IMG/VR virus record: IMGVR_UViG_3300017774_008308
Coordinates: 1-34,140 of that record
From: a virus
Taxonomy: Duplodnaviria > Caudoviricetes
Length of the DNA: 34,140 nucleotides
Direction: 5' to 3' (one strand)
Shown in pieces: positions 29,079 to 34,140 of the stretch. A program made the translations under genes and the position numbers. The notes beneath the pieces are model-generated. The model saw only the letters and a program-made list of their open reading frames with translations. It did not search any database and had not been told where the DNA came from. Within the stretch, counting starts at the first letter, position 1; every line of letters begins with the position of its first letter.

Positions 29079-29645
29079 ATGATCTATTGGAAATACAACG
29101 TTAACACTTTCAAGTGGGAGAAAAACAAACGCAAAACTAGAATTTTTTGGGGGATAATTATTACCCTAATTATAGGTTCATTTATTGGAGGATGTTTTGT
29201 TAGAGGAAAAACATTAGAAAATTTTGAAAGAGAATTACTTATTTTAGATTTACAACAAGAAAAAAATAAGTTTACTCAAGAAAAATTAGTTGAAGAATTA
29301 AAAAGATTAAAAGTCAAATTCCCATATATTGTTATGGCCCAATCTATTCTTGAAACAGGTCATTGGAAAAGCCAAGTATTTAAAGAAAATAATAATCTAT
29401 TTGGAATGAAACAAGCAACTATTCGTATTAATACAGCTAAAGGTACTAATTTAAATCATGCCTATTATGATGATTGGTATCAATCCGTTTATGATTATGC
29501 TTTTTATAGTTGTAGATATTTAAGTAATATTGATACTGAAGAAGAATATTACTTATATTTAGGTCAAAATTATGCTGAAGACAGTAATTATATTAATTCT
29601 TTAAAAAATGTCATCAATAAAGAAAAACTTAAAGAATTATTCTGA
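29079..29645 (+). CDS. GH73 glucosaminidase (peptidoglycan hydrolase) with N-terminal signal anchor; start revised to ATG 29079
   Basis: AQSILETG, NNLFGMK, YAED; hydrophobic IFWGIIITLIIGSFIGGCFV after basic KNKRKTR; the track start (TTG 29052) lies inside promoter P3. Confidence 0.88.
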   Translation: MIYWKYNVNTFKWEKNKRKTRIFWGIIITLIIGSFIGGCFVRGKTLENFERELLILDLQQEKNKFTQEKLVEELKRLKVKFPYIVMAQSILETGHWKSQVFKENNNLFGMKQATIRINTAKGTNLNHAYYDDWYQSVYDYAFYSCRYLSNIDTEEEYYLYLGQNYAEDSNYINSLKNVINKEKLKELF

Positions 29646-29650
29646 TATGT

Positions 29651-29675
29651 ATTAGGGTAACGTTTTAACCCTAAT
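29651..29675 (+). promoter_or_regulatory. 8-bp hairpin directly before a small basic ORF
   Basis: ATTAGGGT-N9-ACCCTAAT, no U tract, 5 nt before ATG 29681. Confidence 0.6.
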
Positions 29676-29680
29676 CAACA

Positions 29681-29824
29681 ATGGCCAAATCAAAGTCTCA
29701 AGTAACAGTTTTAAAAGCAGATAAACCTAAAGTATCACGCACTGGAGTTCACGCAAAAACAAAAACTAGTAAGTTAAAATCTAGTAAAAATTATAGAAAG
29801 TTATATAAAAGTCAAGGTAAATAA
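29681..29824 (+). CDS. 47-aa highly basic protein (not in ORF track)
   Basis: MAKSKSQVTVLKADKPKVSRTGVHAKTKTSKLKSSKNYRKLYKSQGK. Confidence 0.8.
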   Translation: MAKSKSQVTVLKADKPKVSRTGVHAKTKTSKLKSSKNYRKLYKSQGK

Positions 29825-29845
29825 ATAAATAAAATAAATTAAGTT

Positions 29846-29962
29846 ATGAGTAAAACAAGTAATTCCGCTAAAATAGAATGTCTAAAAATTTGGATCGATA
29901 ATCTTAAATACAGAATGGGTAAAAAGGATAAACCAACTCCCTATTCTAAAAAACAAAGATGA
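29846..29962 (+). CDS. 38-aa basic protein (not in ORF track)
   Basis: MSKTSNSAKIECLKIWIDNLKYRMGKKDKPTPYSKKQR; TAAGTTATG start context; ATGA overlap with next ORF. Confidence 0.7.
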   Translation: MSKTSNSAKIECLKIWIDNLKYRMGKKDKPTPYSKKQR

Positions 29963-30123
29963 AACTTAAAGCAGATGCTGTAGATATATTTAATTCTCTT
30001 CCCGATGAATTATTAATCCAAATTGCTCTAAAAGATCCGGAAGCTTTAGAAGAATTATGTATATCTCTTACTTTAGAATTGTATTTCATGAAAAAGAAAT
30101 TAAATCCATTAAAAGTAAGTTAA
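29959..30123 (+). CDS. 54-aa helical protein (not in ORF track)
   Basis: MKLKADAVDIFNSLPDELLIQIALKDPEALEELCISLTLELYFMKKKLNPLKVS. Confidence 0.7.
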   Translation: MKLKADAVDIFNSLPDELLIQIALKDPEALEELCISLTLELYFMKKKLNPLKVS

Positions 30124-30140
30124 AAACATCTATAAAGAAA

Positions 30141-30172
30141 TTTGGCTTACCCAAATCTGTTTCGTATATTTA
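30141..30172 (+). promoter_or_regulatory. Bacteroidota-type promoter (P4)
   Basis: TTTG-N20(ending TTCG)-TATATTTA. Confidence 0.8.
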
Positions 30173-30190
30173 CCCCATAAAATAAAGGTT

Positions 30191-30637
30191 ATGCTAAGTG
30201 AATTAACATTAGAATATGAGAATGGTACTAAAGTTGTAAAAATAGTTCCAAAAAGCGAATCAACTATTTATCCCCAAAGAGATAGTATTAAACATTGCAC
30301 TCATAGATCTTTCAAATACGAGGTATCAAAACATCCTTATTTATGTATCTCTATTATAAAAACAGGAGATAAATATAAAATAATGCCCGAAGGTATTTCA
30401 TGTATCCCTGAAACTGAATTAAGTGATATTATAGTAATAGATAATTTACCTAAAATAGTTGAAAAGCCTAAACAGGAAAATAAATGGATGTTTGAATCCT
30501 CAAGTGGAGATGGTTTTTATCAAGTAAGAGAGAATATGGGTAAATTAAAATGTAGTTGTCCTGGATCCTGGAGAGCTAAAGATAAAAAATGCAAACATAT
30601 TAAAGAAGTAGAAAAAGAATTAGGCTCCCTGAAATAG
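30191..30637 (+). CDS. SWIM zinc-finger protein
   Basis: SSSG..YQV...CSCPG-x8-CKHI. Confidence 0.85.
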   Translation: MLSELTLEYENGTKVVKIVPKSESTIYPQRDSIKHCTHRSFKYEVSKHPYLCISIIKTGDKYKIMPEGISCIPETELSDIIVIDNLPKIVEKPKQENKWMFESSSGDGFYQVRENMGKLKCSCPGSWRAKDKKCKHIKEVEKELGSLK

Positions 30638-30651
30638 GGTTCGTATATTTA
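30620..30651 (+). promoter_or_regulatory. Bacteroidota-type promoter (P5)
   Basis: TTAG-N20(ending TTCG)-TATATTTA. Confidence 0.75.
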
Positions 30652-30692
30652 CGGATAAGATAATTAATTAATAATAATAAAAAATAAAGGTT

Positions 30693-31121
30693 ATGATAGA
30701 AAAAACAGAACGTAGAGGTAGACCTGTAGAACAAGTATTGGTTCAACCCGAAAAATTTACTCGTGAGTATTATGAAGTACCAACTAAACCTGAGTTAGGT
30801 ACCAAAACTGTACTTTATTACGATACTACTAAAAATCCTCTAAATCCATATAAATCAGAAATTACTTATCCTAAAGGATATAAACATAATAATTTAAAAG
30901 CTGAAAAACATAAATCATATAACAAGCAACCTGTAGTTTTAGTATTTAAAACATCAAATCGTTCAAATGCTCAAACCAAAATGAAGATATTTGCTAATGA
31001 AAACATCGATTATATTTTATCAACTGATAAATTAGTAGGTGTACCTGAAACAGCAGTTATTTTAGAATGTGGAGTAGGTGAAAATTTTATTCAAACGTGG
31101 CAATCTAAGTATTCTCTTTAA
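30693..31121 (+). CDS. Hypothetical protein with N-terminal RRGRP (AT-hook-like) motif
   Basis: 142 aa, TAAAGGTTATG start context. Confidence 0.75.
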   Translation: MIEKTERRGRPVEQVLVQPEKFTREYYEVPTKPELGTKTVLYYDTTKNPLNPYKSEITYPKGYKHNNLKAEKHKSYNKQPVVLVFKTSNRSNAQTKMKIFANENIDYILSTDKLVGVPETAVILECGVGENFIQTWQSKYSL

Positions 31122-31151
31122 TATTTATGACATATATTTAATTTATAAAAC

Positions 31152-31883
31152 ATGGCAACTAGAGCTCTTATTGGATACCTTGAAAACGGAGTATTAACAA
31201 CAACTTATAATCATTATGATGGTTATCCTGAACATTTAGGAAAAGCATTAAATAATTTTTTCAATTCACCTACATTAGCAAAAGATATTGCTAATTATGG
31301 TTATGTTAGTTATATTGATCCTCAAACAGGTGAAATTGAAGCTAATAACAAAGGAAGAGCTGATAAAATAAACCTTAACCAATTAGACCCAGAACAAGCC
31401 GCTGAAGAAGTAGCATCATTAGTAGATTCATTTGGAGCTGATTATGCTTATTTCTACACCCCAAATTCTGATAATTGGGATGTTGTTAAAAATAATAGTA
31501 TTCGTTCTATGATAGATCCTTTACAGACTATTTTATTTGGTGACTTTGATAACACATATGGTAAAGAAGAAATGGAGGAAGCTTATCACGTTGGTGATGA
31601 TAAAGAAGTAGTTACTAAAGAAAGTACTCCAGAGCTTAAAAGAGGTGTTTTAAATATAGTATTAAACCAAGCAATATCTCAACTTAAAGATCAACCTAAA
31701 GATGCTATTGAAGCCTATAAAAAATCTTTAGATAATGATATTCGTTTAAATGGAATTGAAAAATATATTAATTATAATGTAGAGGATTTTCAAGAAGATT
31801 TTCAAAATTATATTTCGGATAAAATGGAAATGAATGAAACCCATATTCGCCAAATGAAATATAAAGCAGGTATTATAAAATAA
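31152..31883 (+). CDS. Phage hypothetical protein (MxTR...YxHxDGYP family) with acidic C-terminal extension
   Basis: MATRALIG...YNHYDGYPEHLGK; ends MNE...RQMKYKAGIIK. Confidence 0.8.
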   Translation: MATRALIGYLENGVLTTTYNHYDGYPEHLGKALNNFFNSPTLAKDIANYGYVSYIDPQTGEIEANNKGRADKINLNQLDPEQAAEEVASLVDSFGADYAYFYTPNSDNWDVVKNNSIRSMIDPLQTILFGDFDNTYGKEEMEEAYHVGDDKEVVTKESTPELKRGVLNIVLNQAISQLKDQPKDAIEAYKKSLDNDIRLNGIEKYINYNVEDFQEDFQNYISDKMEMNETHIRQMKYKAGIIK

Positions 31884-31888
31884 ATAAA

Positions 31889-32425
31889 ATGAAAAAAGCA
31901 GATAATTTTAACGCATCAAAGTGGTTAGTAGAAAATAAAATTACTTTTCAATCAAAGCTAATTGAAGCAAAGGGACAGGAACCATCAAAATCAGGAGAGG
32001 AATTCTCATTATCCTGCAAGATAGTACAACTCTCAGGTGTTGAGTATGTTAACTATAATTTTAAATTAGATGATGTTGATTTTGAAGAAGAAAAGAGAGG
32101 AACAGGTATTTTATCTAAGGTCGGAAGCTTTATAAAAGGCAAACCTACAATCCAATTTTATTTTAAACCAGTATCAATAGAAGGTCTTTCAAAAAGTGAG
32201 ATAGAAGAAATTGAAGATGTATTTATTACTGTAAAATTAAAAAATGATGCTTTTGTTTTAGACACATGGAATACATCAGAAATAACCGCAGCCTCTATTC
32301 CTGATAGTACTCAAGCTACTAAATTTATAAATTATTTATTAGGAAAATCCCAATGGAAAGATGGTTTAAATAATACCTTTGGAGATATGAAAACTAAATT
32401 AACACCAGCTTCATTTAAAAAATAA
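31889..32425 (+). CDS. Hypothetical protein with shared 26-aa leader
   Basis: Starts MKKADNFNASKWLVENKITFQSKLIE. Confidence 0.8.
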   Translation: MKKADNFNASKWLVENKITFQSKLIEAKGQEPSKSGEEFSLSCKIVQLSGVEYVNYNFKLDDVDFEEEKRGTGILSKVGSFIKGKPTIQFYFKPVSIEGLSKSEIEEIEDVFITVKLKNDAFVLDTWNTSEITAASIPDSTQATKFINYLLGKSQWKDGLNNTFGDMKTKLTPASFKK

Positions 32426-32430
32426 ATAAA

Positions 32431-32664
32431 ATGAAAAAATCAGACAACTTTAACGCTATACAGTGGTTAACAGAAAACAAAATCACTACACAATCTAAGT
32501 TAAACGAAAACAACACTGAGGCTTCAGAGCTTTTATCTCTATTAGCATCCCCCGAAATAAAAAAATACATGGACAAGTTATCGGATACTTTAGAGGATGT
32601 TGATTTTATGCGAGTAAAAAAGCTATATGATGGTTTATACACAGAATTAAAAAAACACGAATAA
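32431..32664 (+). CDS. Hypothetical protein with shared 26-aa leader
   Basis: Starts MKKSDNFNAIQWLTENKITTQSKLNE. Confidence 0.8.
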   Translation: MKKSDNFNAIQWLTENKITTQSKLNENNTEASELLSLLASPEIKKYMDKLSDTLEDVDFMRVKKLYDGLYTELKKHE

Positions 32665-33596
32665 TGCAAAAATCAAAATTACAAGCAATTATTAAGGAAG
32701 AAATAAGAGCAGCTCTTAAAGCAAAGAATAATAATGTTCATGAAAGCTATTATGCTATGTTAGGTGGATCAAGCCCCCTTTCAGATGCAGCAATGAAAAC
32801 TAAAGTAGTTGAGCCTGCTCTAGGTCCAAACTTTGAGACTGTAATGATGTTTAAAGATGACAGCCTTAGTCCTAGATATAAGCAGCTTGATGCCAAGTTT
32901 CCTAGAGAAATGACAGATAAATGGGAGATTTTATATCGCTCGGATAGCTACCAAGGATATGCTAAACTATCTCCTGATGGAAAGGTGATTAAAGCAGCAA
33001 TATTAGATGGTGGTGGAATTTCAGGAGTTTTTTATGTAAAGTCTGGAGGAGGAATTAACGAATCTGTAACTTCAATATCTAAAGCAGATTTGATTGTAAA
33101 ACTAGAACCATTAAAGAAGCTTTTTCCTAAAATCACAGATCGTGATATAAAATCACTTACATTTGTTGGTACTAAAGCAGAAACAACAAACATATATAAA
33201 GCCTTAGGAGCTTTAAAAATCCAAGACTATTTTGACCCACCAAATGATGACTCAGAGGCTAGTGGCGCAGGTACTTGGGTTATTGATACTATGGATGCTA
33301 GTGATAAGGGTCTTATTAAAGAATCAAAACCTTACTTTAAATATGTAGATAAAGAACTCTATCCCAACCCAGGAATGGAGGTTAATGTTAGGGATATTGA
33401 TAATGAAATGATGATTTATTTTATTAAAAAAAATTTCAAGTTATTAATCACTACTAAAAATGAAAAAGACATTCCAGGATCCATTACTAAACAAAATAAC
33501 AATTATCAATTCCTAAAAACAGGAGGATCTAATTCCTCAACTTCGGATGAGATAAATAAGAAAGATATTTTAAGTATAAAGATAGTTAGAGATTAA
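32664..33596 (+). CDS. Hypothetical modular protein, possible processed internal head protein
   Basis: MQKSKLQAIIKEEI leader; VHES, INES, IKES sites at aa 27, 133, 220. Confidence 0.75.
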   Translation: MQKSKLQAIIKEEIRAALKAKNNNVHESYYAMLGGSSPLSDAAMKTKVVEPALGPNFETVMMFKDDSLSPRYKQLDAKFPREMTDKWEILYRSDSYQGYAKLSPDGKVIKAAILDGGGISGVFYVKSGGGINESVTSISKADLIVKLEPLKKLFPKITDRDIKSLTFVGTKAETTNIYKALGALKIQDYFDPPNDDSEASGAGTWVIDTMDASDKGLIKESKPYFKYVDKELYPNPGMEVNVRDIDNEMMIYFIKKNFKLLITTKNEKDIPGSITKQNNNYQFLKTGGSNSSTSDEINKKDILSIKIVRD

Positions 33597-33623
33597 AAGG
33601 TTATATAAGAAAAAATAAAGGTT

Positions 33624-33947
33624 ATGGAAAATCAAAAATTATTTATTGAATTATCTAGTATATTAAATACTAAAGGTGCTAATATTAGTATGGAAAGGTT
33701 ATTCCAAGATGGAATAATTACTTATTCAAATATCCCTGAGGTAAAAGAATATGTAGGTCCTAAGGGTAATGGATTTTGTTTTCGTGCAAATCACAAATAT
33801 TTTGGAATTAGTGAATCTGAACTAGCAGACTTATTCCCTATCACCATTAACAATCATATTATTAACTTAATAGAACACCTAGAATTTGAAATAGAATCAG
33901 GTAATGATCGTTATTATCCTGAATCATTTGCTTTTAGCATCGAATAA
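33624..33947 (+). CDS. Hypothetical protein
   Basis: 107 aa, TAAAGGTTATG start context. Confidence 0.75.
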   Translation: MENQKLFIELSSILNTKGANISMERLFQDGIITYSNIPEVKEYVGPKGNGFCFRANHKYFGISESELADLFPITINNHIINLIEHLEFEIESGNDRYYPESFAFSIE

Positions 33948-33974
33948 AAAAAAATAAAAACGTCATATGAAAAA

Positions 33975-34006
33975 TTTGGAATCCTGATGTGGGGTTCGTA
34001 TATTTA
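33975..34006 (+). promoter_or_regulatory. Bacteroidota-type promoter (P6)
   Basis: TTTG-N20(ending TTCG)-TATATTTA. Confidence 0.8.
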
Positions 34007-34032
34007 CCCATATAAAAACAAAATAAACACAC

Positions 34033-34140
34033 ATGAAACTAGCTCAATTACTTAAAGAAATCGCTGCAGATCCTAAGCAAGTGTACTTGCAAACACGCAA
34101 GACAAAAAGCGTTAGTGATAGTGCTTTTCCTTTCTATGTA
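34033..34140 (+). CDS. 5' part of hypothetical protein (runs off window)
   Basis: MKLAQLLKEIAADPKQ..., open to the window end, downstream of P6. Confidence 0.7.
   Translation, partial: MKLAQLLKEIAADPKQVYLQTRKTKSVSDSAFPFYV

Noticed and set aside
29989-30030. F-box-like FNSLPDELLIQI motif in the 54-aa ORF
   Set aside because: Only the first helix matches, the rest of the F-box pattern is missing, and the host appears bacterial
30624-30630. GCTCCCT matching part of the hsp20 3' element
   Set aside because: Only 7 nt, explained by the promoter dyad and coding sequence

Overview
A very AT-rich, gene-dense window with essentially every credible gene on the + strand. It reads as part of a large lytic dsDNA phage genome with a T4-like replisome. 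The host is most likely a Bacteroidota member, judged from six TTG-N20-TAnnTTYR promoters and start sites lacking Shine-Dalgarno sequences. There are four blocks. (1) 340-10134: family B DNA polymerase, sliding clamp, an inserted Hsp20-GroES-GroEL chaperone cassette, clamp loader subunits, a DUF1599-like protein, a Cas4-like nuclease and an RHH protein. (2) 10154-26882: a 21-gene, apparently membrane-protein-free glycan locus. It has five glycosyltransferases, heptose-type kinase/dehydratase/epimerase, a ColD-type 3-dehydratase, an orphan TPP E1 alpha/beta pair, three reductases, a methyltransferase and Ugd. It probably makes an unusual 3,6-dideoxy, C-branched or heptose sugar for virion or DNA glycosylation. 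(3) 26905-31121: small regulators and hypotheticals, a signal-anchored GH73 lysin and three unannotated small ORFs. (4) 31152-34140: proteins with shared leaders and repeated (L/I/V)-x-E sites, suggestive of head-packaged, protease-processed proteins. The most striking non-coding signal is a structured hsp20 leader whose loop is perfectly complementary (11 nt) to the sequence just after the hsp20 stop codon. All family assignments come from motif recognition by eye; no searches were run.
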